DNA from: Candidatus Eiseniibacteriota bacterium
GTDB lineage: Bacteria; Eisenbacteria; RBG-16-71-46; CAIMUX01; VGJL01
DNA length: 64,000 bases
Direction: 5' to 3'
NCBI GenBank assembly: GCA_963792585.1
Contig: CAWBWI010000006.1
Location: 704,001-768,000, forward strand
Part shown: piece by piece, positions 19,748 through 28,510 of the stretch
Layout of the letters: each line of letters begins with the position of its first letter
Numbering within the stretch: the first letter of the stretch is position 1
The notes under the pieces: generated by a model
Seen by the model: the letters and a program-made list of their open reading frames with translations, nothing else
Told to the model about the DNA's origin: nothing
Databases searched by the model: none
Made by a program: the position numbers and the translations under genes

Positions 19748-21474
19748 CGGCCGGGAGCGGGCGTAGGTCTAATGCCGGTCGCTCCGGATAGATACTGCTC
19801 AAGCGAGCCTGCAGCCGCTGGATCGGCCGCAATGTCGCGACGCAGCACGACGATTCCATCCTCGAAGAAGAGAGGGGCATACTTCGCATCCCGTAGGAGG
19901 TCCGTCACGACCCGAGCGACTTCTTGCTCCGATTCCAGATGCCGCCTGTCGAGAAGGTCGAGGATGGCCCACTCGGCGAGAGGATTGGCACGGCGGGTAT
20001 GGAAGACCCACAGTCTTTCGCGCGCGGAAAAGTGGGGAGCGAGATCGTTCGAGGCCAGCAGACTCGCGTCAGGCGGGATCATCCGCCGCGCTCGAGCGAA
20101 AGCCGCCCGGTTCGGGCGAGGGGTTATCCCATCCACGATCGTGTAGGGCCGTCCAACTCGTTTCAGCGCTGCCGGGTCCGCGAAGTTCGCCGCCGTCAGA
20201 CTGAAGAGCAACAGGGTCAGTAGGACCGCCCGGGAGCGCCCGGCGGCAAGAAGCCGGCGGTGGCCGGATATTGCAGCCCAGAAGAAGATAGGAAGGATCG
20301 GGGCATTGTACTGGAAGTAGATCGAGTTCTGACTGATCGCCGCCGAGGCGAAGGACAGCGCAAGATTCGGCAACGCGATCACGAGCCGGCCCGGCTCCAG
20401 CAGCGGGAACCCGGCGAAGGGCCAGAGGAGTTGGATCGGGAAGACGAGGCGGCGCACTCGGTGATAGTGCGTCGCGAAGAGATGCCATGGCTTTGTCACG
20501 AGGGTCTTCAGGATCTCGCCCGGCGAGTCGCCGAGCCAGGCATATCGGGCAAGGGTGTCGGAAGTCGCGCCGCCCCGAAAATGAGGGATCACGACGTACA
20601 GCGCCGTGACGGCCCAGACCACGCCGGCGGCCGTCCACGCGATTCCGAATCGCCTCTGGCGCCGGGCGATCATGCACCAGATTCCAATCCCGGCGACAGC
20701 AAGCCCGACCTCCTCGCGGGTGCCGAGAGCGAGCAGGAGCCAGACCCCTGCGCTCTTCAGCCGCCCCTCCTCGATCGCGTCGATCGCGGCAAGAAGGATC
20801 GGCAGGGCCAGAACCAGATCGTGGAAGTCGTACTTGTTCATGAACCCGATCGCGGGGGTGAGCAGATAAACGCCGGCCCAGAGCAGACCCTCAAGAGGAC
20901 GGCCCAGGCGGCGCGAAGCGAGCCGGTACACGGGCCAGGCGCCGAGCGCCAGCACCACGCTCTGCGCGATCAGCAGGACGCGGACGTCATCCCAGATCCA
21001 GAGGAAGGGGACGAAGACCGGCAGCGTCAGGGCGACGTGATCTCCAAGGTAGTTCGTCACCTCGATCGAGGAACCGAATCCCCGGCCGTGCGCAAGATTC
21101 CAGAGAACCTGATGCTGGATCGCCAGATCGAACCCGCTGGAATTCAGCCCCATATGGCGGAGGATCGAAAGGCAACTCCAGACGACGGCATAGCCCAGCA
21201 TTCCGGCCACGAGAACCCGGCGCGGGCCCAGGCGCTCGATTGTCTTCTCGAGCCGCGCCATGCATCGATCGGCGCCTGCGCGCAGCGCTTCGACGGCCGG
21301 GTGTCCCGCGGGCGCCAGGAATGCGCACAGGAGAATCGCGAAATAGGCGGCCAGCTGGATCAGGACCAGGACGAGGTCCGAGCCCCTCGCGACGGGGATT
21401 GCGGCGATCGAAGTGATGAGACCCAGTGCGGCTATGATTCGCAACCACGGGAAGGGATGCGAAGGCAGCTTCAT
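19744..21474 (-). CDS. DUF2079 family membrane protein (GT-C-like)
   Basis: 'GFDLAI..Q.LWN', 'YLGDH', 'LL..QS', 'YDFH', 'REE', 'FQYNAP'; ATG 21474 overlaps the upstream TGA (ATGA coupling). Confidence 0.85.
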   Translation of the reverse strand: MKLPSHPFPWLRIIAALGLITSIAAIPVARGSDLVLVLIQLAAYFAILLCAFLAPAGHPAVEALRAGADRCMARLEKTIERLGPRRVLVAGMLGYAVVWSCLSILRHMGLNSSGFDLAIQHQVLWNLAHGRGFGSSIEVTNYLGDHVALTLPVFVPFLWIWDDVRVLLIAQSVVLALGAWPVYRLASRRLGRPLEGLLWAGVYLLTPAIGFMNKYDFHDLVLALPILLAAIDAIEEGRLKSAGVWLLLALGTREEVGLAVAGIGIWCMIARRQRRFGIAWTAAGVVWAVTALYVVIPHFRGGATSDTLARYAWLGDSPGEILKTLVTKPWHLFATHYHRVRRLVFPIQLLWPFAGFPLLEPGRLVIALPNLALSFASAAISQNSIYFQYNAPILPIFFWAAISGHRRLLAAGRSRAVLLTLLLFSLTAANFADPAALKRVGRPYTIVDGITPRPNRAAFARARRMIPPDASLLASNDLAPHFSARERLWVFHTRRANPLAEWAILDLLDRRHLESEQEVARVVTDLLRDAKYAPLFFEDGIVVLRRDIAADPAAAGSLEQYLSGATGIRPTPAPGR

Positions 21475-22226
21475 GTCGCGGGCTTCCGCAGCTCTCTCCA
21501 GAGGTGACCCAACTCGCGAAACGCGCGGAGGATCACGGAGAGCTTCGCCCCGGTCTGCGATCCCGCCATGCGCGGGTAGTGGTGGACACCGATCTCCGCG
21601 ATGCGGGCGCCCCGCCTGCGCGCCCGGGTCAGGATCTCGACATCGATCATCGCCCCATTGCTCGTCAGATCCATCCGCTCGAAGATCGAGGCGTTGTAGA
21701 GCTTGAATGCGCAATCGACGTCGCGCAGCCACAGCCCGAAGAGAATCCCGACCGCTAAGGCGAAGATCGATGCGTTGAGCTTGCGGTTCCACGGGTCCCG
21801 CCTGTCGATTCGGAATCCCGTCACGACCTCGTGGTCGCCCCGCAGGGGCAGGAGCTTCTCGATCTCACTGAGATCGAACTGGTTGTCACCGTCCGTGTAG
21901 AAGATCCACTCGTAGCGGGCGGCGCGGATACCGCTGCGCAGGGCCGCTCCGTACCCCTGGTTTACGGGGTGATGGATGACGCGGATTCTTGGATCGCCCT
22001 TCGCGAGCCGATCGGCCATGGCTCCGGTGGCGTCCTTCGACCCATCGTTGACCAGGATCACCTCGTACTCGTCGGCGAATCGGGGCAGGATCTCCAGAGC
22101 CCGGCGGGCGGCCTCCTCGATGTTCCCTTCCTCGTTGAACATCGGGTAGAAGAGCGAAAGCCTGCCGATCCGCTCCGGCAATCCCGCGGTCGAAGGACGT
22201 TCGTGCGACGGCTCTGGTCTCTTCAT
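21471..22226 (-). CDS. Glycosyltransferase family 2, polyprenol-phosphate glycosyltransferase (DPM1-like)
   Basis: 'PMFNEE.NI', 'VNDGSKD.T', 'NQGYGAALRSG', 'YTDGDNQF', 'DVDCAFKL'. Confidence 0.92.
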   Translation of the reverse strand: MKRPEPSHERPSTAGLPERIGRLSLFYPMFNEEGNIEEAARRALEILPRFADEYEVILVNDGSKDATGAMADRLAKGDPRIRVIHHPVNQGYGAALRSGIRAARYEWIFYTDGDNQFDLSEIEKLLPLRGDHEVVTGFRIDRRDPWNRKLNASIFALAVGILFGLWLRDVDCAFKLYNASIFERMDLTSNGAMIDVEILTRARRRGARIAEIGVHHYPRMAGSQTGAKLSVILRAFRELGHLWRELRKPAT

Positions 22227-22480
22227 GGCTCGATCGGAGTCTTCCCCATCTCTGCTTGTCCGGTGTGGGACACACGATCCGCAGCCGTCTGGCCCGACCT
22301 CAAGTGTCGCGGTTCAAGCATAACATAGGCGGGAGGTTACGGGGATTGAGGCGGGGGCGGGGGCGAACGAAGACCACGGAGGTCAATGTCGGACCTCCGG
22401 GGCTCCTCGTTGTGCGGGCGATTGCGGGGGCTCCAGTAAACGCACCGGCAGCCGGTACGTCGGAGGCCCCCCCGATGAGA

Positions 22481-22630
22481 TCAACGAATCATGGTCAACC
22501 GAATCGCCTTGGTGTCGGCCGGAGATGCCAACCTCAGATAGTAGGCGCCGATCGGCAGCTTGTGGCCGAAGTCATCGTGGCCGTTCCACTCCACCGCGCC
22601 AGCCGCGAGCTGCACCGAGCAGAAGTCGAC
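22481..22630 (-). pseudogene. Orphan remnant of a FlgD/T9SS-like C-terminal domain
   Basis: Translation 'VDFCSVQLAAGAVEWNGHDDFGHKLPIGAYYLRLASPADTKAIRLTMIR*', preceded by in-frame TGA; matches the 'WDG.D..G..LP.G.Y..RL' tails of eight other proteins in the window. Confidence 0.6.
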
Positions 22631-22643
22631 TCAGGGCCGAAAT

Positions 22644-22772
22644 CTACTTGAAGATGCCGAAGTGCCCCAGGAGCCACCACAGTATTAGGAACACCACAAT
22701 CGTGGACAGGCATCCCCCACCCAGCTTCTTGGCGCCCCAACCGGCCGCGAGTCCTCGCAGAAGCTTGCTCAT
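22644..22772 (-). CDS. 42-aa small membrane protein
   Basis: GGAGGAG RBS; MSKLLRGLAAGWGAKKLGGGCLSTIVVFLILWWLLGHFGIFK. Confidence 0.7.
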   Translation of the reverse strand: MSKLLRGLAAGWGAKKLGGGCLSTIVVFLILWWLLGHFGIFK

Positions 22773-22824
22773 GTCTCCTCCAGTTTCAATGCGACACCAC
22801 TTCGAGTCGAATGGGTGGGCGACG

Positions 22825-23229
22825 TCATCGCACGAGCAACAGGACAAGGTTCAGCATGACAAGAATGCCGAGGACAACCACGGCGCCGGCCAGCCAAAGC
22901 AGGTGAATCCGATTGGCCTGAATGCGCTGAATGAGCTGTGTGTTCTGCTCGGCGAGCGCTTTGATGAGTTCGGAAGAGGCGAGCATCTGATTGTGCAGAT
23001 CCACCGTCTCGAGTTCCAGTGCGGCGACCTGACTCTGCAGTGTTGCGATGACCTGGTCCTTCGGCGAGAGAGTTGGTTGCGCAGTTGGAGGGATCGCTCT
23101 CGGCGAGGGCGGTTTCTTGGTGACGATGACGTTCCATAGCTTCTTCGCGCCATCGGCGACCTTGGGCGCGTTCTTCATGACCTCCGTCCAGGGAACACTC
23201 TGAAGGACCACAAGCCAACCGATGGGCAT
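22825..23229 (-). CDS. Conserved hypothetical protein, coiled coil plus C-terminal TM
   Basis: 'MPIGWL.VLQSVPW.EV..NAPKVADGAKKLW', heptad region 'SELIKALAEQNTQLI', hydrophobic tail. Confidence 0.75.
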   Translation of the reverse strand: MPIGWLVVLQSVPWTEVMKNAPKVADGAKKLWNVIVTKKPPSPRAIPPTAQPTLSPKDQVIATLQSQVAALELETVDLHNQMLASSELIKALAEQNTQLIQRIQANRIHLLWLAGAVVVLGILVMLNLVLLLVR

Positions 23230-23602
23230 GGAGAAACCTCTCTCGAGAATTGGGTCGCCTGGCGCCGCCGTTGGGCGGGCGGGATCAGCTACGACCGTGA
23301 ACCTTCTCCAGCGGGCGTTCAATCATATGATTGCAGAGGCCCGGACATTTCGACCGTGGTGGCAGTGCCAGGCATTCGCTCCAGGGCTCTGCAGGGGTGC
23401 CATTCACCCGGCAGGAGTTCTGAGAGAGGCATTTGCTGCTCCCACGGAACCCATGCGGGATGCAATGATAGCAGTCGTGATGGCTCCGGACGGGGGCGCG
23501 TCCAGCCCGGACCTCAGCTTGGCAGGGCAGCGGTGGACGGCGGCCATGGGGGCGACAGGACGTCAAGTCTCCCCTGCATCGGGAGAGAGGGCGAGGGACT
23601 CC

Positions 23603-24739
23603 ATGACAACGGAGCGATTCTACGCGACGCTCGGCGTGGGCATCGAGCAGATCGTCAAGGCCGAGCTTGATGCGATCGGCATCCCGGTGGCCCGGATCGA
23701 ACCCGGCCGGGCGCGCTTCGAAGGAAGCCTCGAGGACATGTATCGGGCGCTCATTCATCTTCGGTGCTCGTCGCGGGTCGTTCGTGAGATCGCGTTCTGC
23801 GAGATCGCGCTCGAAGAGGACGTCTACAGCGTGATCCGCGGCATCGACTGGTCGCCGTGGCTCAACCCGGACATGACCTTCCGGGTGACGTTCAACGTTC
23901 ACTCCTCGCTCTTCCGCAATTCGCAATTCGGCGTCTACCGTATCAAGGATGCCATCTGCGACCAGATGGTAGAGCGCCTAGGCCGTCGACCTTCTGTTGA
24001 CACGGAGTCGCCCGATCTCTGCGTCATGTGTTATCTCGAGAATCGACGCCTCTCGGTAGGTTTGGACGGAGCCGGAGCGCCCCTGCATATGCGCGGGTAC
24101 CGCAGAGCTTCGCACGAGACCAGTTTGCGGGAACATCTCGCGGCCGCCATGGTGCTTCAATCGCGCTGGAATCCGACGGCTCCGCTGCATGACCCGTTTT
24201 GCGGTTCGGGCACGATTCTCACCGAAGCGGCGATGATCGCGACCCGCACCCCGCCGTCGCGCTGGCGCAAGCGATTCGCATGCATGTCGTGGCCGGATTT
24301 CGACCCCGCAAGGTTCGACGCGCTGCGCACGGAGGCCGAGGCGGCCGTCTTGCCGGCAGCTGGATTGCGTATCAGCGGCGCCGACTGCTCGGCGAAGTGG
24401 ATCGAGGCTGCCCGCGCGAACGTTGCAGCGGCGGGATTTGCGGATGCAATTCGGCTCGAGGTGCGCGATGTGGCGGAGATGAAGCTCGAGCCTGGGTCCT
24501 GGGTGGTGACCAATCCACCCTACGGCATACGCATCGGTGACGAGGAGACCTACATGCCGGCGTGGCAGTCCTTTCGGGAGCGCCTGCGGGAGTTCCCGGG
24601 GACGCGGGTCGCCGTTCTTGCCGCGGAGGAGGGGTTCGAGAAGGTCCTTCGACTCCGGCCCTTCAAGCGCAATCGCATGAACAACGGATCGATACTGTGC
24701 GTGCTGGCTCAGTATCTGATCCACGAAGAGAGGGCGTGA
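23603..24739 (+). CDS. THUMP-domain class I RNA methyltransferase (RlmL/YpsC-like)
   Basis: 'IKDAICD', 'LHMRGYR', 'LRE.LAAA', 'DPFCGSGTIL.EAA', 'VTNPPYG.R'. Confidence 0.9.
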   Translation: MTTERFYATLGVGIEQIVKAELDAIGIPVARIEPGRARFEGSLEDMYRALIHLRCSSRVVREIAFCEIALEEDVYSVIRGIDWSPWLNPDMTFRVTFNVHSSLFRNSQFGVYRIKDAICDQMVERLGRRPSVDTESPDLCVMCYLENRRLSVGLDGAGAPLHMRGYRRASHETSLREHLAAAMVLQSRWNPTAPLHDPFCGSGTILTEAAMIATRTPPSRWRKRFACMSWPDFDPARFDALRTEAEAAVLPAAGLRISGADCSAKWIEAARANVAAAGFADAIRLEVRDVAEMKLEPGSWVVTNPPYGIRIGDEETYMPAWQSFRERLREFPGTRVAVLAAEEGFEKVLRLRPFKRNRMNNGSILCVLAQYLIHEERA

Positions 24740-24785
24740 TTCCTCCCATCGCAGATTAGGCATTGACGGCATGAAAGAGAATGAA

Positions 24786-24812
24786 GCGCTACCGCCGTCA
24801 CGGCGGGAGCGC
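24786..24812 (-). terminator. Hairpin 3' of array gene A
   Basis: GCGCTCCCGCC-N5-GGCGGTAGCGC followed by TTCATTCTCTTT on the minus strand. Confidence 0.55.
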
Positions 24813-24884
24813 CTCATCGCCACCAAACTCATTTGCGCCACCAGAAGCCCGCAGCGCCACTGCAGGCCTCCACGGCGACCACCG

Positions 24885-25736
24885 CTATCGATAGTCGCCC
24901 TTGACTCTTCCCCAGGTAGTGCTCTTCGTCGGGCTGGGTACGCACGGGTTCGGATCGCATGGCACGTCGTTGCCCTGGTAGTGGCCGCCGTACATGTTGC
25001 AGTCACTCCAGAGTAGGCTCGCGCATTGCCCGTCCTCGAAGCAGCACGCTCCGGGTCCCCAATCTATCTCACCAATGTTGTCGAATTCCTGACTTGCATC
25101 GAACGAGAAACCAAACACATCGATCACCGGCGTCCAGTCGGGATAGGAGAAGTAGGCACTCTTGAACGCAGTATCGCATCCGATAACACTGGCGGAAGCC
25201 ACCCGACCGCATTGGGGCGGGAATGAATGGTCGGCAACCTGCGCGCTGAACCAGTACAGCGTGTTCGCGCTGACCTGAAAACTCACCGGAGCTTGGTACT
25301 GGAAGATCGGGTAGAAGCCGCCTTGGCAGTAGACGTTCGTCTCGTTCGCGAAGGCACCGGGGTACTCGGCGAGCACCGTCAGAGGCACGCAGCCGCCGTC
25401 GTCGTAGAACCGAAGGTTCCAGTGCGTGGCAACGCCAATGTCGCCGCAGCCGTTGTTGTTCCAGTAACCGCCCCACCAGCGGGCGGTGCTGATGGTGCTA
25501 TTCGTGGTGAAGTAGAAATCGTTGGCGATCTCCGTCTCGAGGGCATACTGCCCGATGACCTCAGACGAAGCGATCAGTCCCTCGAAGTCGGGCGGCTCGC
25601 TCCAGAGCGGGTCTCGATCGGAGTCGGGGACGTTCGTGCCACCGCCACCGCCCCCGCTCATGGTGGGGTTGACAGCGAGCCCGCCGCCCGAGGCGACGGC
25701 ACTCAGCGCAAGGACAAGGGCGACCTTCCTCATCAT
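24885..25736 (-). CDS. Array paralog A: secreted Cys-rich protein with GACC module and TWGRVKGDYR tail
   Basis: Signal peptide, Gly6 linker, beta-sandwich domain, 'GACC...C...C...GG.YQG....CDPNPC', tail 'PTKSTTWGRVKGDYR'; AAAGGAGG RBS. Confidence 0.9.
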   Translation of the reverse strand: MMRKVALVLALSAVASGGGLAVNPTMSGGGGGGTNVPDSDRDPLWSEPPDFEGLIASSEVIGQYALETEIANDFYFTTNSTISTARWWGGYWNNNGCGDIGVATHWNLRFYDDGGCVPLTVLAEYPGAFANETNVYCQGGFYPIFQYQAPVSFQVSANTLYWFSAQVADHSFPPQCGRVASASVIGCDTAFKSAYFSYPDWTPVIDVFGFSFDASQEFDNIGEIDWGPGACCFEDGQCASLLWSDCNMYGGHYQGNDVPCDPNPCVPSPTKSTTWGRVKGDYR

Positions 25737-25883
25737 GAGGACTCCCTCCTTTCGCGTGTCGCAGAACTCACGTACGAACTGGGCCGGGACCGGGCTGGCA
25801 GTCGCCAGCGCGGCCGGTCTCCCTCAATTGCTGGACCGACAGATCCTCCCGGCACATAGCTCAGGTGGGATTTGCCACGAACA

Positions 25884-25913
25884 AGTATCCGCGCTTCGGG
25901 ACGGGAAGTCCAA
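25884..25913 (-). promoter_or_regulatory. Putative sigma70 promoter of array unit A
   Basis: TTGGAC-N18-GATACT; hexamers and spacing identical in all four units while the spacer sequence varies. Confidence 0.6.
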
Positions 25914-25931
25914 CGGGGATTCGAGGGAGAA

Positions 25932-25958
25932 GCGCTCCCGCCACCACGGCGGGAGCGC
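25932..25958 (-). terminator. Hairpin 3' of array gene B
   Basis: Perfect 11-bp stem GCGCTCCCGCC/GGCGGGAGCGC followed by TTCTCCCT. Confidence 0.55.
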
Positions 25959-26056
25959 CTCATCGCCACCAAACTCATTTGCGCCACCGGAAGCCGCCGC
26001 GCCACGGCGAGCTTCCCAAGTACTCAGCGTGACACTGCTCGTCGATCAGGACATGG

Positions 26057-26911
26057 TTACCGGTACAGGCTCTTGATCTGGCCCCAGCTCGCATCCTTCA
26101 CCGGGGTGACATCGCAGGGATTCGGATCACAGTCCACATCGTATCCCTGCCATTGGCCGCCCAGATATTCGCACTCGGCCAGCCATTCAACCATTTCGCA
26201 CTCGCCCTGATCGCCGATGCAGCATGCACCCTCGCGTCCGCCTATAGCAGGCTCGAACTCTTGGCTGGCGTCAAACGCAACTCCAAACACGTCGATCCCT
26301 GGAGTCCAGTCGGGATGCGAGAAGTAGGAACTCTTGAACACCGAGTCGCATCCGACGACGCCGCCGGAGGCAACGCGACCGCACTGGGGCGGGAACGCAT
26401 GATCGGCAGCCTGTGCGCCGAACCAGTACAGCGTGTTCGCGCTGACCTCGAGTGTGTACACCCAGCTCTCGTACTCGAAGATTGGGTAGAACCCGCCCTG
26501 ACAGTAAATGAAGACCTCGTGCGCGGGAGCGTTCACCATCTCGGAGAGCACGTTCAGCGGCATGCAGCCGCCGTCGTTGTAGAATCGAAGGTTCCAGTGC
26601 GTCGCGGCGCCGATGTCGCCACAGCCGTTGTTGTTGTAGTAACCACCCCACCAGCGCGCGTAGCCGATAGTGTTGTCTTGGGTGAGATAGAAATCGTTGG
26701 CAATCTCCGTCTCGAGGCCAAACTGCCCGATGACTTCCGACGAAGCGATCAGGCCCTCGAGGTCGGGCGGCTCGCTCCAGATAAGATCACGGTCGGAGTT
26801 GAGGACGTTTGTGCCACCGCCTCCGCCCCCACTCACGGTGGGGTTGACGGCGAGTGCACCGCCCGTGGCGACGGCACTCAGCGCAAGGACAAGGGCGACA
26901 TTCCTCATCAT
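26057..26911 (-). CDS. Array paralog B: secreted Cys-rich protein with SWGQIKSLYR tail
   Basis: Same architecture as paralog A. Confidence 0.9.
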   Translation of the reverse strand: MMRNVALVLALSAVATGGALAVNPTVSGGGGGGTNVLNSDRDLIWSEPPDLEGLIASSEVIGQFGLETEIANDFYLTQDNTIGYARWWGGYYNNNGCGDIGAATHWNLRFYNDGGCMPLNVLSEMVNAPAHEVFIYCQGGFYPIFEYESWVYTLEVSANTLYWFGAQAADHAFPPQCGRVASGGVVGCDSVFKSSYFSHPDWTPGIDVFGVAFDASQEFEPAIGGREGACCIGDQGECEMVEWLAECEYLGGQWQGYDVDCDPNPCDVTPVKDASWGQIKSLYR

Positions 26912-27056
26912 GAGGGCTCCCTCCTTTCACGTGTCGCAGAACCCGCGTACAAACCGGGCCGGGACCGGGCTGTCGCTCGCAGCGCGGCCGGCCTCGCCAC
27001 ACTCACTGGACGGGCAGATCCTCCCGGCAACGTCCCGGCCGGATTTGCCACAAGCA

Positions 27057-27086
27057 AGTATCCACGCTCTCGCAGTCGAGGTCCAA
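27057..27086 (-). promoter_or_regulatory. Putative sigma70 promoter of array unit B
   Basis: TTGGAC-N18-GATACT. Confidence 0.6.
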
Positions 27087-27206
27087 TGGGATTCGCGACC
27101 GGTGATGTATCAGTACTTGCTCACGCCCCTACGAGACATGCCGGCTTCCATCCCCGGCCCCCCCGGTGCGGTATTCGCTGAGAACGATGACCCGAACTCA
27201 ACAGAA

Positions 27207-27233
27207 GCGCTCCCACCGCCACGGCGGGAGCGC
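27207..27233 (-). terminator. Hairpin 3' of array gene C
   Basis: Same stem with one change that gives a G-U pair on the minus strand only; followed by TTCTGTT. Confidence 0.55.
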
Positions 27234-27331
27234 CTCATCGCCACCAATCTCATTTGCGCCACCTGAAGTCGCCGCGCCACGGCGAGCTTCCCAAGTACCC
27301 AGCGTCACACTGCTCGTCGATCAGGACATGG

Positions 27332-28192
27332 TTACCGGTACAGATTCTTGATCTGGCCCCAGCTCGAATCCTTCACCGGCGTGTTTTCACAGGGATTCGG
27401 ATCGCAAGGCACAAAGTATCCCTGCCACACACCGCCTAGATTCTCGCAAGCGCCCGGACTCTCAACCGTTTGGCACTCACCCTGATCGCCGATGCAGCAC
27501 GCGCCCCAGTCGTCGGGAGGGGGTATACCACCCTGTTCGAATTCTTGGCTGGCGTCAAACGCCACCCCAAACACATCGATCCCTGGAGTCCAGTCGGGAT
27601 ACGAGAAGTAAGCGCTCTTGAACACCGTATCGCATCCTGTGACGAAGCCGGCCGCCACGCGACCGCACTGCGGTGGAAACGCATGGTCGGCAGCCTGCGC
27701 GCCGAACCAGTACAGAGTGTTTCCTGTGACGTAGAGGTAGACGTTAGCTTCGTACCGGAAGATTGGGTACAACCCGCCCTGGCAGTACACGGAGGTCTCG
27801 TTTGCGAAGGCCCCCACTGTCTCGGAGACAGTGTTCAATGGCACGCAACCGCCGTCGTCGTAGAACCGGAGGTTCCAGTGCGTGGCGACGCCAATGTCGC
27901 CGCAGCCGTTGTTGTTCCAGTAACCGCCCCACCAGCGGGCAAGGCCGATGGTGTTGTCATCGGGAAGGTAGAAGTCGTTGGCAATCTCCGTCTCGAGAGC
28001 AAACTGCCCGATGACCTCAGACGAAGCGATCAGACCCTCGAGGTCCACTGGTTCGCTCCAGAGAACATCTCGACCGGAGTTGAGAACGTTCGTCCCACCA
28101 CCTCCGCCCCCAGTCACAGTGGGGTTGACCGCGAGCGCGCCGCCTGAGGCGACCGCGCTCAGCACAAGGAAAAGGGCGACCTTCCTCATCAT
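27332..28192 (-). CDS. Array paralog C: secreted Cys-rich protein with SWGQIKNLYR tail
   Basis: Start set at ATG 28192 (MMRKVAL) by homology and RBS. Confidence 0.9.
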   Translation of the reverse strand: MMRKVALFLVLSAVASGGALAVNPTVTGGGGGGTNVLNSGRDVLWSEPVDLEGLIASSEVIGQFALETEIANDFYLPDDNTIGLARWWGGYWNNNGCGDIGVATHWNLRFYDDGGCVPLNTVSETVGAFANETSVYCQGGLYPIFRYEANVYLYVTGNTLYWFGAQAADHAFPPQCGRVAAGFVTGCDTVFKSAYFSYPDWTPGIDVFGVAFDASQEFEQGGIPPPDDWGACCIGDQGECQTVESPGACENLGGVWQGYFVPCDPNPCENTPVKDSSWGQIKNLYR

Positions 28193-28338
28193 GAGGACTC
28201 CCTCCTTTCGCGTGTCGCAGAACTCACGCACGAACCGGGCGGGACCGGGCTCTCGCTCGCAGCGCGGCCGGTCTCGCCACAATCAATTGACAGGCAGATC
28301 CACGCGGTGCAGGTCCCCGGTCGGATTCGCCAGGTACA

Positions 28339-28368
28339 AGTATCCGCGCTTCTGGGCGGGAAGTCCAA
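28339..28368 (-). promoter_or_regulatory. Putative sigma70 promoter of array unit C
   Basis: TTGGAC-N18-GATACT. Confidence 0.6.
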
Positions 28369-28383
28369 CGGGGATTCGAGAGA

Positions 28384-28416
28384 GAGGCGCTCCCGCCGCC
28401 GCGGCGGGAGCGCCTC
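28384..28416 (-). terminator. Hairpin 3' of array gene D
   Basis: Extended perfect inverted repeat GAGGCGCTCCCGCCGC/GCGGCGGGAGCGCCTC. Confidence 0.55.
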
Positions 28417-28510
28417 ATCGCCACCAAACTCATTTGCGCCACCCGAAGCCGCCGCGCCACGGCCAGCTTCCAAAACACCTAGCGTCAGGCCACTCGTCGA
28501 TCAGAACTGG

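Noticed and set aside
23222..23602. N-terminal extension of the THUMP methyltransferase in the ORF track
   Set aside because: Homology-like sequence and an RBS begin at ATG 23603; the extension overlaps the divergent gene start.
24786..24797. ops-like GGCGGTAGCG on the minus strand
   Set aside because: It is a single-base variant of the hairpin arm (GGCGGGAGCG in units B and D) and lies 3' of a gene.
26990..27052. Array leader as a c-di-GMP-I riboswitch (starts GGCAAA)
   Set aside because: Lacks the GNRA-capped P2 and the GCAAA/receptor arrangement, and GGCAAA is not kept in units C and D.
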